A stretch of 64,000 nucleotides of DNA from the NCBI GenBank assembly GCA_964016885.1, contig OZ024750.1:31620001-31684000 (forward strand), in the 5' to 3' direction. The DNA comes from Eledone cirrhosa. Lineage: Eukaryota. How positions within the stretch are numbered: the first letter of the stretch is position 1; each line of letters begins with the position of its first letter. Both the position numbers and the translations under genes were made by a program. The notes beneath the pieces were generated by a model. The model did not search any database and was not told where the DNA came from. It was given only the letters and a program-made list of their open reading frames with translations. Of the stretch, positions 14,211 to 28,825 are shown one piece after another.

Positions 14211-14539
14211 CATAACTCATGTCTATAGAATTAATCAGATATTAAAATATATACTATTTCTTCTTCTAATCAGCATAATTAACCATATACATAATCAAAT
14301 CTAGCAAGCTTTAAGAATAAATTTTCTAACGGGGAAATCTCCGACAAATAACTGACCGCAGCTAGTTCGCGTTAACTCCGTTCACCATTTATCAAACATT
14401 TCGGCAGCATGCAGAATCCGATCAAATACACCGTCAACCGCACGTAATTAGTAGTAAAATTAAACTTAGAAGAAATGCGCACATACCGTAATTATATCTC
14501 TACAATGGTTTCTATATATATATTGTTATTTGAGAGAGA

Positions 14540-14616
14540 TAATTGTTTCTACTTTAGGCACAAGGCCAGCAATCATCCAGTGCATTACTGGTACTTTATT
14601 TTATCGACACCGTAAT
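14540..14616 (-). mobile_element. 5'-truncated SINE with ~20-bp TSD
   Basis: Flanked on both sides by tgttatttgaga(g/a)agataat. Confidence 0.8.
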
Positions 14617-15236
14617 TTGTTATTTGAGAAAGATAATGACAGAATTTAGAAACTTTCATTGTAGGAGCTAACATACACGAATCTTCAACAAATCGGACAT
14701 ATTTTTAAAATTTGGAAAATGTTGATGTTTTGACATTATAATTTTCGTCTTCTTAAAGTAGTTTGTCAAATTTACATTTCGCTTCTGTAAGCTAATGAAA
14801 CAGGAGCCATGATTACTGGAACATATTTGAATAGTTTTAAATAAACATGGAATCCAAATGTTTATAATGTTTTAATTAATTTCTTTTTTAAAAAGATCAA
14901 TTAAACCAATATCCTCTAAAATGGGTAACAGTTATTGTTTTAGTATTCCACAGCCATTAATTACGATGTGTTAGGCCCCTGCGGCAGTCCCTATTAATTT
15001 TCAGTGGTGTAGATAAACGTTCCGTGTAGAAAGAACAGTTTTGTATTATACCGGTCAGCTTCGATTGTGTATTATAGGAAATAACATATGTTTCTTAAGT
15101 ATTTCTTCATGCTGAAACCATTGTTTTTCGCAAAGTTTACTTGCTCCAGCATACGTGCCATAACAATGACAAAAATAATGACCGAATATCAAAATTGATT
15201 AATCGACAGAGCCCTAATGTACACACACGCACACAG

Positions 15237-15308
<72 letters not shown>

Positions 15309-15411
15309 TGAGAGGATGAGATACAAACAAGAGAGCTGGACAGCAGAAGGTCTTCAGAGAAGAAACTCCCGTCAGCAAGTGTTACGGCTCTTAACTTATA
15401 TAAATAAATAA

Positions 15412-15469
<58 letters not shown>

Positions 15470-15647
15470 ATAATAATAAATTTGAAGGCTAAAATCCAAG
15501 GAGGGCTCGGTAAGGATAAATATATATCAGATATATAAGAACCGTAGAGCAAATATTTATTAAAATAACAAATTAAAGTTTCAGAACATCCCGTTAAGGG
15601 TGAAAGCAGCGATTCGTTGCTTAAACTTTAATCTGTTATTTTAATAA

Positions 15648-15694
<47 letters not shown>

Positions 15695-16074
15695 AGCGTG
15701 CGTATGTTTATGTGAGTGTTTATGTATGTGTATGTGTGTGCGAGTTTCTGTAATTGTGTGTGTTTCCTGAGGTCCTGAATTTTAGTGGTTCGATAAAACG
15801 GGATCGATGAAACAAATGTTGGTTAATTGTCATAGTAGTACCACAGCATGGCCGCAGTCTAATGACAGAAATGAGTAAAGTTTATATGCCTACAGCTATA
15901 TCAATATCAATGTCTCTCTCCCTATATATACACATGTACGTGTGTGTGAGTGGATGTGTTTGTGTTTGTGTTTGTGTGTCTGTGTGCCTGTATGTATGTG
16001 TCTGTGTATGTGAGTGAGTGTGTGTGTAAATTAGTGTGTGTGTGTGTGTTTGTGTCTGTGGGTGCGTGTGTGTA

Positions 16075-16790
16075 TTTGTGTGTGAATGAGTGAATGTGTG
16101 AGAATACGTATGTTTCTGTATGTGTGTGTGTGTGTGTGTGTGTGTGAATGAGTGAATGTGTGAGAATACGTATGTTTCTGTATATGTATGTGTGTGTGTG
16201 AATGAGTGAATGTGTGAGAATACGTATGTTTCTGTATGTGTATGTATGTGTGTGAATGAGTGAATGTGTGAGAATACGTATGTTTCTGTATATGTATGTG
16301 TGTGTGTGAATGAGTGAATGTGTGAGAATGCGTATGTTTCTGTATGTGTATGTATGTGTGTGAATGAGTGAATGTGTGAGAATACGTATGTTTCTGTATA
16401 TGTATGTGTGTGTGTGAATGAGTGAATGTGTGAGAATACGTATGTTTCTGTATATGTATGCGTGTGTGTGAATGAGTGAATGTGTGAGAATACGTATGTT
16501 TCTGTATATGTATGTGTGTGTGTGAATGAGTGAATGTGTGAGAATGCGTATGTTTCTGTATGTGTATGTATGTGTGTGAATGAGTGAATGTGTGAGAATA
16601 CGTATGTTTCTGTATATGTATGTGTGTGTGTGAATGAGTGAATGTGTGACAATACGTATGTTTCTGTATGTGTATGTATGTGTGTGAATGAGTGAATGTG
16701 TGAGAATACGTATGTTTCTGTATGTGTATGTATGTGTGTGAATGAGTGAATGTGTGAGTGTGCGTGTGTTTCTGTATATGTGTGTGGATG
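16075..16790. repeat. 54-bp minisatellite, ~13 copies
   Basis: Unit gtgaatgagtgaatgtgtgagaatacgtatgtttctgtat.tgtatgt.tgtgt. It gives an 18-aa period in the spurious ORF. Confidence 0.92.
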
Positions 16791-17632
16791 AGTGAGTATG
16801 TGAGTGTCACTGTGTGTACAATTGTCTGCTGAAAAGTTGGTTGTGTGTACGTGTCAATGAGCGAATGTAAAGGAAATAAAGAAGCATGAAAATATAAATA
16901 GAAAGAATGGATCGAAGGGGGAAAAACCAACTAGGTGTCTCATGCAGAGATGTGGAAATAAGGTTTTCCTTCAGCTCATCTTCACCCCTGGCTACTCTTC
17001 ACAACTGGTAATACTTTCTCCATCACTATTTAATATGAACTGCTTATTTCTAATGATTAATATATCGGATTCGATAGATTTTTTAATGGAATATACTAGG
17101 AAAGATCTCGACTTGTGTGCCAAATTTCGTGAAGATTCAATGTGAAATAGCAACGTTGTTTCAACACAAACTGATATACTTTCAGTCTCGTTACTTAGAT
17201 GATAGATACAGTAGTATCATTCTTACACAGTCAGCACTGATTCTGTGCAACACCATTTTAAGGAAGATGATACTTATTTGAGTTTTTTTGCAGCTTTAAT
17301 GGTCTTATTTGCGCCAGTCACCATTCTGGTACGTTTTCAAAGCCGCGAAGACTAGGTTCTTTATAGGAGTGGTCTTTTCTCACCTCGTCATAACCACATC
17401 AATGGGTTGTGAGAGATTTCTTAGGAGCCGAAGGTCTCATGCATGCTGGTTTACCGCTTTTGGTCCTGGGTTTCTTATTCGTCCGGCAGTTGCTCGATTA
17501 TATCGTAACTAACCATCGTATCTGGTGGCTGTATCGCTATCCGCCACTTGCGACTCGTTCTCTAGTAGAATAATATTGCGGAAGAAGAAGAAGAAGAAGA
17601 AGAAGAAGAAGAAGGGAAAATAATAATAATAA

Positions 17633-17740
17633 TAATTGTTTCTACTTTTGGCACAAGGCCAGCAATTACCCCAGTGTATTACTGGTACTTTATTTTATCA
17701 ACCGCGTAACGATGAAAGGCAAAGTCAACCTCGGCGGGAT
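17633..17740 (-). mobile_element. Truncated SINE between (GAA)n/(TAA)n tracts
   Basis: Tail and core of the same family. Confidence 0.8.
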
Positions 17741-18704
17741 ATAATAATAATAATAATAATAATAAGAAGAAGAAGAAGAAGAAAAAGAAAAAGAAGAAGA
17801 AGAAGAAGACATTTGTTTAGGACAACCTCATATTATTATGATGATTGCGTACTAAAACGTAAGAAACTATGATTCATATATATGCATACTTTCTCATATA
17901 CCGGTAGTATTTCCACATGTTTATCCAGCATGAAAAACAGTCTGAATCTTAAGGGGCTGAAGGTTAATCTAAGAAAAATAGCATCAATCTGGATCCAAAA
18001 CTGTACTTATTAGGGCAACGAGAATCTGGCAAATGTCGTGGGTTTGTGGGTAATTCTCTGTGGGTAATAATTTGGCCACACCAACGGTTAAATATGCAGA
18101 TAAATTAAGATCGTCTGCCATGGCATACCTATTGATTTTAATTAATTCAAGCAATAAATGTTTTAAAAAGAATGTCAGATTTGCTTGAAATATGTGGAGA
18201 CAACGAAGCACCACGCAATGTGCCACTAAGCTAATGGACAATGAAGTTGAAGAAGGAAAATTCAGAGGTATTCATAGAAAAAAACTGCTTCGTTTTAAAT
18301 GCTAAAATGATGGCTCGACCTTCCGTCTATGTCTACTTAAGCTGCAAAATACATACACCCCATGAAAAAAAAATGTTCTACAAATTCTTAAGAGTGATAA
18401 CTCCCCTCCCCAGTATGTCTCCAAACTAGATGTAAATGTTATCTTCTGGAAAATAATTCTACCATCTGTTTAACATATACCAACATATAGATCAGAAGGT
18501 AATTTCTAAAGGAATGCTCTATTTCCTTCATCGCTCTTTAAAAACAACCTGCTTTAATAAAAAGCAAAAAAAATAACAAAACGTTTTAGTAAAATTAAAA
18601 TATTATGAAGACTCTAGATACAATCCAAATTCAAAGCTAAGAGAAATGCATGAGATGTGTTTTAAAGAAGCTGTATTCAAAGTTGATGGATACATAAATA
18701 TTTT

Positions 18705-19336
18705 TAATTTAGACACAAGGTCTGCAATTTTGGGTTAGGAAAATGTCGTGTACATCGACCCCAGTTCGAGACTAGTACTTTAGTTTATCGATTCTGGACG
18801 GATGAAATGTAAAGTTGTCCTCGGTGGGATTTGATCTCATAACGTAAAGGTCCGTAACTAAAACACTTTTAACCATTTTGCCCAACGTTCTAACAGTTTT
18901 GTCAATCCACTATTCTCTGATGAAGACATAATATCAGCCATTTGCCTTTCATCCTTATGGGGTCGATAAAATAAAGTACCAGTAATACACTGGTTATTGC
19001 TGGCCTTGTGCCATAAGTAGAAACAATTATTATCCCGCCAAGGTTAACTTTGCCTTTCATCCTTACGGGGTCGATGAAATAAAGTACCAGTAATGTACTG
19101 GGTATTTGCTGGCCTTGTGCCTAAGTAGAAACAATTATTGATAACGTTGGTGGATTGGCAGTATCGGTAGAGGGTCGGACGCCATGCTTTGACCGATAGA
19201 ATTACGGCCCTTGCCATTCTGAGTTCAAATCCCGCTGAGGTTAACTTTGCCTTTCATCCCTACGGGGTCGATAAAATAAAGTACCAGTAATACACTGGGT
19301 ATTGCTGGCCTTGTGCCATAAGTAGGAACAGTTATT
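18705..19336. mobile_element. SINE cluster: one diverged minus copy plus three head-to-tail plus copies
   Basis: About 18705-18910 (-). 18940-19030 and 19033-19137 are truncated, and 19148-19336 is full length (+). Confidence 0.85.
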
Positions 19337-19800
19337 AAATTAGCCAAAGATTGGAGGGTGTAAAATATCAGCGTGCAAGTTTCGGAAGAAGAAATAAAAA
19401 TCTCATATGAAAATGTTAGCTGTTGAATAGCAGCTGAATTTGGTGCATACATAATGAGATGAATAACACCCTACTGTAAACCCAGTGATAGCAGAAAGAA
19501 TTACTACTTCTGAATTTCTCACAAACTGCATCAGCCAGATTAAGGAATTCATGAACCTGTCTATTAAAAATTACACCGAGTGAGAGAGAAGCAACCAGGC
19601 AAAGTTCTTTTTGTTTTTTCATACATAATATCCTGTTATAATGAATTGCCTCTTAAGGAAAACCGGAAGAATACGCAAGCACCATTAAATACATTTTTTT
19701 TTCAAAATATAATAACAAATGTGTGAAAAGGCCAGCTTTATCCTTATTCTCAGATACAACAAATCCCGAACTATTTACAAACGTGGCTTTCAAGTTAAAT

Positions 19801-19985
19801 AATTGTTTCTACTTTAGGCACAAGGCCAGCAATTAGCCAGTGCATTACTGGTACTTTATTATATTGACCCCGTAAGGATGAAAGGCAAAGTCAACCTCGG
19901 CGGGATTTGAACTCAGATCGTAAAGGGACGTAACTATGCTGGAAAGCATGGCGCCAAACCCTCTACCGATACTGCCAATCCACCG
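19801..19985 (-). mobile_element. tRNA-derived SINE with 18-bp TSD gctttcaagttaaataat
   Basis: Full length. TSD at about 19786-19803 and 19985-20002. Confidence 0.9.
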
Positions 19986-20560
19986 CTTTCAAGTTAAATA
20001 ATGGGATTACATCTGTGTATTCACGATTAATACTGATGAATTTCACACGTTTCATAACTACATTAAATCATGAAGTCTCAATTACTTATATTCGCCTTTA
20101 ATTTTATGATAGAAATTACGGAACAATGTGTGACATCACATTGTGTAGAGAGTTGTGGTAAGTATTAAGTGTTTGAAAGATTCTACGGTAGGGTTCAAGA
20201 TTTTACGATCGTTTAGCGATGTCTATCATATTTATGTGTCCTCATCACACTAAATAAAGAATGTCATAACCATCTGATAATATTATGGAATATTATGGTG
20301 ACCCTCTATAGTAGAGTTTCGGTTAGAACTGTACATTTAGTGACATTTATAGAGCGGTAACTGTAGAACTTATGTACATATATAACTGTAGAACTTATGT
20401 ATATATATATATATACATATGTGTGTATCCATATGTTCTATGAGAATTACGTTTTTAATTTGTATCTACACATATATATATATACATATATACACACACA
20501 AAACAATCTCCCTCTCTCTCTATATGTATAATGTATATCTATCTATCTATCTATCTATCT

Positions 20561-21406
20561 CGCTCTCTTTGGTGAAACTCTAGGCGTGGAGGAAGATGAA
20601 CTGGCCAGTCTGTTCGGTAGGACCTTCCGCCCGGGACCGATGGACAACTTCCAAAAGTCCCTGGCCTGGCAGTGCTACCGAGGAGCTCTACCAGTTCGAG
20701 ACAAGCTCTACAGACATGGGCGCCCGGGCAGGGACCCTGCAAAAAAGATCTGTCCGAGGTGCGTGCGAGACGAAGAAACCGTCGCGCACGCATTCATACA
20801 CTGCCCGGGCGTCACTGACCTGTGGGGCTATGTAGAACGACTATTGTCGCGGGTGGGACCAATCCAGTTGACCACCGAGTCCATTGTCATGATCAAACCG
20901 CCACCCTCCTTCAAAAACGAAGGAGAGGCGGTTTTCCTTTGTGTGATAGCTATGGCGAAAGAGGTTGTATGGTGGACAAGGTTGAAAGGGCTGAGGTCAG
21001 ACACCTTTCTCTCCGGCCAACAACTGATTCTTTTTTTCAAATACCACTTTGGAAGAAGAATCAGGATGGAGAGAGAGGTGCTGTACCCCAGCAAGTTTTA
21101 TGAAAGGTGGGTGAAAGTGGCGAGAATGGCCCGAGTGAATGGGCCTTCTCTCTATATCAGCCTGTAGGTTGAGGAAAAGGAGGAGGAGAGGAAAGGAGTA
21201 CAAGCTCTTCGTACTCCTGGAGATGAGGGTTGCACATTTTTTTCGGGGGTCTGTGTTACCCATATAAACTGTCTCCCTTTATTGGGGAAAATCGACTAAC
21301 TTTTAAATTCCATCTGTGATAACATTTTACACGTTTTTATTGTATGTAAACTTCCCCCTTTGTATTTGTCCCCTTCTTTTGTGCCCCTGTGGCTAATAAA
21401 GAAATA
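20561..21406 (+). mobile_element. 3' fragment of a related Tx1-like element
   Basis: ORF 20586-21167 closely matches the last ~190 aa of ORF2 at 52877-56314. Related 3' UTR ending AATAAAGAAA. Preceded by (TATC)6 and followed by TATCTATCT. Confidence 0.93.
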
Positions 21407-21454
21407 TATCTATCTTGCTCTCTTTTTCTCTCTCACAGTCTCTACATATATATA

Positions 21455-21514
<60 letters not shown>

Positions 21515-21763
21515 TTCACAGAACTTATATTCACCGAATTCACAGACTAGATTCCTTCTTCCTCCCGTTAGACCTGTACGGAATTCCTTCCTTGATCACA
21601 TTCCAACCAGGTTTGATGGTCTTTATTCTCTCTCGTTCACGATTTCACCGAACTTATATTCATGGAAATTTTAGCCGTTGCTCGCACCAACCGGAGGTAT
21701 ATAGTCTTTAAAGCGAAGAAATACTTGTGATGGTTGGAAGATCACTGATGAAGGACCACTTTA

Positions 21764-21808
<45 letters not shown>

Positions 21809-21809
21809 G

Positions 21810-21890
<81 letters not shown>

Positions 21891-22338
21891 TCTCTCTCGC
21901 TCTCTCTCTATATATATACATAAAATTAATTACCATGGTGCGCGGGGTACCCACGCATTATAATAAAAAGTGTCGGAATATGTGCGGAAACTCATCGTCT
22001 GGGCTTTACACTGAAATCAAAGAAAGGTATTTATCGCCTGTTGTTATACCGATCCTGATGGAGGATCGAGCGTACAAGCCTGGGACAGTATTAGAACAAT
22101 GTAATTCACACCCTAGAAAGTGGGCGAGATATCTACATAATATAATAATTATATAATTGCTAGTGTTATTACCGCCATTATTATTCTTTCGGAGTGCAAA
22201 TCCGACCGAGGTTGGATTTACCTTTCATCCTTTTGAAGTCGACGAAATAAGGTACGAATATTTACTCGACCTTCTGCACCCCTCCAATTGCTGGCCTAGT
22301 GCCAAATGTAGAAACAATTATATATATATTTATATATA

Positions 22339-22494
22339 TAATAAAAATAATCCTTCATCAGTGATTTTCCAACCATCATTGGTATTTCATCGCATGCGAT
22401 GAAATAGCAATGATGGTTGGAAAATCACTGACGAAGGACTATTTTTATCATATGTAACCCATGTTCAAACCACGCAGTATTCTTCTTTCTTCTC

Positions 22495-22500
<6 letters not shown>
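22339..22500 (+). mobile_element. Family D short element with fold-back
   Basis: Palindrome at 22339-22449. Homologues at about 21680-21767 (+) and 62090-62225 (-). Confidence 0.7.
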
Positions 22501-22525
<25 letters not shown>

Positions 22526-22526
22526 G

Positions 22527-22909
22527 GAAAAGAATGAAATGAAATTTCATTTCTCACTATTAGTACCGCTGATACTTAAATGTAAGTATATATACGTACA
22601 TACATATATGTATACAGACGTACAGTAGTATGTATATACATACATACACACACATATATATATGTACGTATGGGTTTACCGAACATTTATTATAATGTTC
22701 GATTTGTTTGTAGAAAAACAGCCCGAATTTAGCCGTACAGTGTTCGGTAACCATCGTTGCCCTCTTGATCAACACTGACAAAGGAACAATGAACTAGTTT
22801 CAAGCTTATTATCTATCGTCAGCATCGTATACCTTCCTGTCAGATGATTGAACGTTTGAAAGTATATACTTTCCCTATGCATATTGACGGCTGCACAGTC
22901 TAATGTCTA

Positions 22910-22910
<1 letters not shown>
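22527..22910 (-). mobile_element. Diverged single copy of family F
   Basis: Colinear with about 44665-45095, lies between (TA)n tracts, and retains the hammerhead. Confidence 0.75.
22786..22828 (-). ncRNA. Minimal hammerhead ribozyme (family F, diverged copy)
   Basis: Minus strand: acgatg CTGACGA tagataataagctt GAAA ctag TT cattgt. Confidence 0.7.
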
Positions 22911-22961
<51 letters not shown>

Positions 22962-23231
22962 TATAAAACGAAAAACGAAAAGTCAGTGATGCATCTGAAG
23001 TCAATTTATTGTGTGTTACAATTGTTTCGCCGGCGGACAGCTCGAGACGCGATTATTGTGTGAATCTGTCTGATCCTGGACCCGCAGGTTTGACGGACAC
23101 GTCTAATGATTTCGGACATATTCTCTCACTGGGATATCTGACCCTCTGGGCCAGTACCGTCAAAATCCTCACCCTCTTCGCGCGTCCAGTGATTGGCCAC
23201 TGGTTGTATACTTCGTCATAATTCTGACCAC

Positions 23232-23464
<233 letters not shown>

Positions 23465-23496
23465 CACATACATACATATATATATATACACATATA

Positions 23497-23549
<53 letters not shown>

Positions 23550-23573
23550 GTATATATATATGTATATTTAGTA

Positions 23574-23712
23574 TAGAAATGGCTTCTACAGGACTAGAAC
23601 TGTTTCATTCGAAGGAAATCATCAGGTTTTCCTGATGATTTCCTTCGAATGAAACAGTTCTAGCATAATGAAACAGTCCTGTAGAAGCCATTTCTTTATT
23701 AAATACATATAC
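23574..23712 (+). mobile_element. Fold-back short element with hammerhead core
   Basis: Near-perfect palindrome centred near 23630. Sense arm reads cCTGATGA tttccttcgaat GAAAcagt, with a further gaaacagTC downstream. Confidence 0.65.
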
Positions 23713-23895
23713 CCTGCTATGTATTGAGTACCTCACTTACTGTGGTTACCCCCGATTGAACCCGGGATACACACACAAACACAGACACACGCATAGCCAC
23801 ACCCACCAACACACATACACATATATACACATATATATATATAGATGTGTGTGTGCGCGCGTGCGTGTGCGTGTGCGCTCGTGTGTGTGTGTGTG

Positions 23896-23953
<58 letters not shown>

Positions 23954-24204
23954 TGCGTGCACGCGCTCGTATATACACTTCGTGCTTTTAAAATATATCG
24001 TATAGTTTTCACGTTTGAATATATACAAAGCATATATGAAAAAATGACTTTAATAACTGTCCAATCATAAGCAGTGATTACGGACCAGACAGCAGCAGTC
24101 AGACAACCTGCCACTTGACGTGTCGTTTTAGTGACATATCGAGGATCAAGAAAACCACAACTACGTGCACAGCAGGAGAGGAGATTATTATACCAAACCG
24201 TTCC

Positions 24205-24290
24205 TAAGAACTGCAGAGTTTTAATATAATCAATCTTGTTGGAAACATAATAAAGAAATTATTTCTTTGCAAGAAACCAAGACTCAGACT
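24205..24290 (+). mobile_element. Possible LINE APE endonuclease N-terminal remnant
   Basis: NCR followed by EIISLQETK, similar to the DII.LQET motif. Heavily decayed. Confidence 0.3.
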
Positions 24291-24710
24291 TAGAGAAATT
24301 CTGGATAGTCAAGGCTATATATTATGACGTAGAAAAAGTATTTTTTGAATAGTTGAAGATAATTGAATTTGAATATAAATATTACTAGAAAACATGAAAG
24401 GAATGAGTCCAAATTTTCGGCCAATCAATTGACGACACGAGTATGAAAACGGAAATAGCTCAAGGAATAACCTCGAAATGGGAAGCTTCAAATAGAAATT
24501 AAGCAGGGTTCCTTACGTCATCAGGTATTTATTCGGCTTTTTATACCGTCACATAAATCGGCACCGATGTACATATTACTTACAGTTAATATACACAGGT
24601 TGTAAGTGATAACGAATATTGATATATATATATATAGGCACATGAGTGAATTATATATATATATATATATGTGTGTGTATATATATATGTATATATATGT
24701 ATATATACAC

Positions 24711-24742
<32 letters not shown>

Positions 24743-25085
24743 GTATATATTTATATACATTTATATACATACATATATATATATATACACACACATATAT
24801 ATATATATACATACGTATTTATATAAATATATATATATAATATATGTATTTATATAAATATATCTATATATATGTATATGTATATATAAATATATATATA
24901 ATATATGTATTTATATAAATATATATATATACATACGTATTTATATAAATATATATATATATAGAATATATGTATTTATATAAATATATCTATGTATATG
25001 TATATGTATATATAAATATATCTATATATATGTATATGTATATATAAATATATATATAATATATGTATTTATATAAATATATATA

Positions 25086-25142
<57 letters not shown>

Positions 25143-25166
25143 GTATATATATATATATATATATAT

Positions 25167-25210
<44 letters not shown>

Positions 25211-25211
25211 G

Positions 25212-25260
<49 letters not shown>

Positions 25261-25372
25261 GTATATATAAATATATATATATAATATATGTATTTATATA
25301 AATATATATATATATAGGTATGTATATATATATACATATATATGTATATATATATGTATTTATATAAATATA

Positions 25373-25404
<32 letters not shown>

Positions 25405-25424
25405 GATATATATATATTTATATG

Positions 25425-25483
<59 letters not shown>

Positions 25484-25803
25484 GTATATATAAATATATA
25501 TAATATATGTATATATATAAATATATATATATAATATATGTATTTATATAAATATATCTATATATAGATATGTATATATATATATACATATATATGTATA
25601 TATATATGTATATATATATATGTATATATATATATATGCTTATATATGTATATATATATATATATATATATACATATATATGTTTATATACATATATATA
25701 TATATATACATATATATGTTTATATACATATATATATATATACATATATATACATATATATATTTATATACATATATATATATATACATATATATTTATA
25801 TAC

Positions 25804-25834
<31 letters not shown>

Positions 25835-25891
25835 CATATATATATACATATATATATATATGTGTGTGTGTATATACATATATATATACAC

Positions 25892-25926
<35 letters not shown>

Positions 25927-25981
25927 CATATATATATACATATATATATATATATATGTGTGTGTATATACATATATATAT

Positions 25982-26049
<68 letters not shown>

Positions 26050-26386
26050 ATTTACATATACATAAAGTCACAGATATATATGTGGCAACCGGTCACGATG
26101 TGGCTCAATGAAGAATAAATAAATTAAATAGTCAGAGAAAAGTAAAAGGTGGAGAGCGATATAAAGATGTACAAAAGAGCTAACTTCGCAGGTGACTCTC
26201 TCCAATACTACGTTTCCTGTGGTCTTTTGATTAATTTAGCCAACTATTATTTATAGTGATTTGATCGAAAATGATTATGGTCAATTTCACGTTGGGGCTT
26301 GTGCATTTCAAATATGTGCAAAGGATATTAATATTTATACATGTAAATATATGTATACCTTGTTGATCTTAAACTATATATATGTG

Positions 26387-26427
<41 letters not shown>

Positions 26428-26432
<5 letters not shown>

Positions 26433-26648
26433 TAACAAATGGAAACTATATTTATAAAACCATATTTATTACATTATACATATTTCAAGGACACCAAAGC
26501 AAATTATGTTGCGCTTTCATCAGATAAAACATAATATAGATCATTTGTTAATATATTGTATTTTTACTCCAAAAATTGTTAAGTGCATTATATCAGTTAT
26601 AAAAATATTTGCTTGTTGTATATCAACAAATTAAATATAACTTCTACA
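26428..26648. mobile_element. Family C hammerhead element, 5' part inverted (ribozyme on minus, ~26470-26530)
   Basis: Minus strand: ttttat CTGATGA aagcgca..gtcctt GAAA tatgta TA atgtaat. The 3' part (26549-26648) is in the opposite orientation. Confidence 0.75.
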
Positions 26649-26732
<84 letters not shown>

Positions 26733-27161
26733 ACTGCACTATCGTTGCATATTGTAACCGCTCTTCGGAATTTCTGTCTATTTCATATTTTACCAACGTC
26801 CAAGTACGTTAGAAATACAGCACTGCACATTTCCACACGGACACATCCACCCTCACTCACATACGCGCACCCCCTTCCCCACATATACCTACGCGCACAC
26901 ACACATGTATATACTTCTACTTCTATATTTATATATATAGGGGAGCGTTATATATTCTTATGATATCGCCTGAAATATATAATAAAACACATTCATTGCT
27001 TGGTTTGGGTTGATTTTCGCTTCCGTATATTTCATTTTCATATAGTTCATTTAGTTAAATCATATTAATTTAGAGGCCAATCAATGTTCGTCATTGATTG
27101 ACCAACAGTTAAAAATATAGGCACATGATTTCATATCATAAACCTTGCAAAACAAATATAC

Positions 27162-27247
<86 letters not shown>

Positions 27248-27252
<5 letters not shown>

Positions 27253-27480
27253 AGTTTTATTTAAAATTGTTGGGTTACAACGAGTAAATATTTTGTAACT
27301 GATATAAAAGCACTCAACAAGTTTTGGAGTATTTTACGATATTAAACAAATGGAAACTACATTTATAAAACCATATTTATTTCATTATATATATTTCGGG
27401 GATATCATATTAAAAATATGGTATGCCCTCTTCAGACAAAATACAATATATAAACAGTTTTATAAATAAATTTGACATAC
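27248..27480 (-). mobile_element. Family C hammerhead element (ribozyme 27377-27443)
   Basis: Minus strand: tattttgt CTGAAGA gggcataccatat-tttta-atatgatatcccc GAAA tatata TA atgaaata. Confidence 0.82.
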
Positions 27481-28825
27481 ATTAAACTTTACAACTTCCA
27501 TTTAAAAAGTTGTTTTGGTAGTGAAAATGTTAAGGACAGTTAGAAAGAAAGACGGAGAGAAAAAAGAAAGAAAGTGTATAGTCCTAAGGACAGTTAGAGA
27601 GGAAGACGAAGAAAATGAAGAAATGTATGTAAAGAAAAAAGTATGTAAAGTATGTAAAAAATGTATGTAAAGTATGTAATGTATGTAAAGTATGTAAAAA
27701 ATGTATGTAAAGAAAAAAAAAAATATATATATATATAATTTATAAATCTATAAAAAAGAACTTATATACATTTTCTTTGAAGTTATATACATTTTCTATA
27801 CACATGTCTTCTATAAAAAGAGTTTAGCATATAAAGTAATGTTATACTTTGTAATAGTTAATAGATCATAGAACAAGTATTGCAATGACCCCCGAACATG
27901 CGGATTTCAAATCATTTTCTTATTTGGTGCTATGGTCATCAACATTCACTGTTGCAAAAAATAATTCTCAGATTTGAAAATAGAAACGTTGACATTTAGA
28001 TCATTCAATAATTGATCTTTCAAAGACATTTATATATAATTATTTTTTCAATGACGAAAATTGCGATATTTTATGCCATATGTATTATGAAGGTTTTCAC
28101 GGGAACATTTTCGACATGATGGGGAATAAGTATTTAAATTTTAAACATCTGGTCATCTAGACAGCGTCATGATTTCGATACAACATAGATATATCTTTTT
28201 CTTTGCCAGGTAAATAGAGAACCTCTACTGTGTCTCTGCTAAAAACAATAGTCACTTCCTTCAAAGAAATCATACGAGCTACACAAGGTTTGAATAACAT
28301 ACGGCATAGTCATAAACGAAATGTATATTATTTGAGCTGCTATAGTCTTTAACTATACAATAACCTCTTAGGCAGATGTATTTGCAACCTTATCATATTA
28401 AACCCTCTACTCTGTATGACTAGTAAGATAAATAGCCGTGTATAATTATCCTTATCTTACGATAATTAGTTTCTTAAGTAACGTGACATCACTCCAACAT
28501 TGTTAGGCGTATTTGTATTCTACATTTTCCACATTATTAAACATCATGTACCAATATCTTTCCGAATGCATTTCATAAAATAAATATGGCCCACTATTAC
28601 GACTTTATCAACATTAATCTCACTAGTTTTTCGTCGTATTATATTCGGTTGAACACACACCATAAACGATAGAACTGCTCGTGTGTTTCGAGTGATGACT
28701 TTGAAGTAACCATATCTCAGATATTATTGCCTATATTGATATTAGAAATTTCTTGGCACATATAACTAATTCTCAACGGCCCAGTTGACATTGTTACCGT
28801 AATTACCTTGATAGAGTAAAAAAAT

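Noticed and set aside
15882-16930. 256- and 299-aa His/Thr-rich ORFs
   Set aside because: Products of the 54-bp minisatellite.
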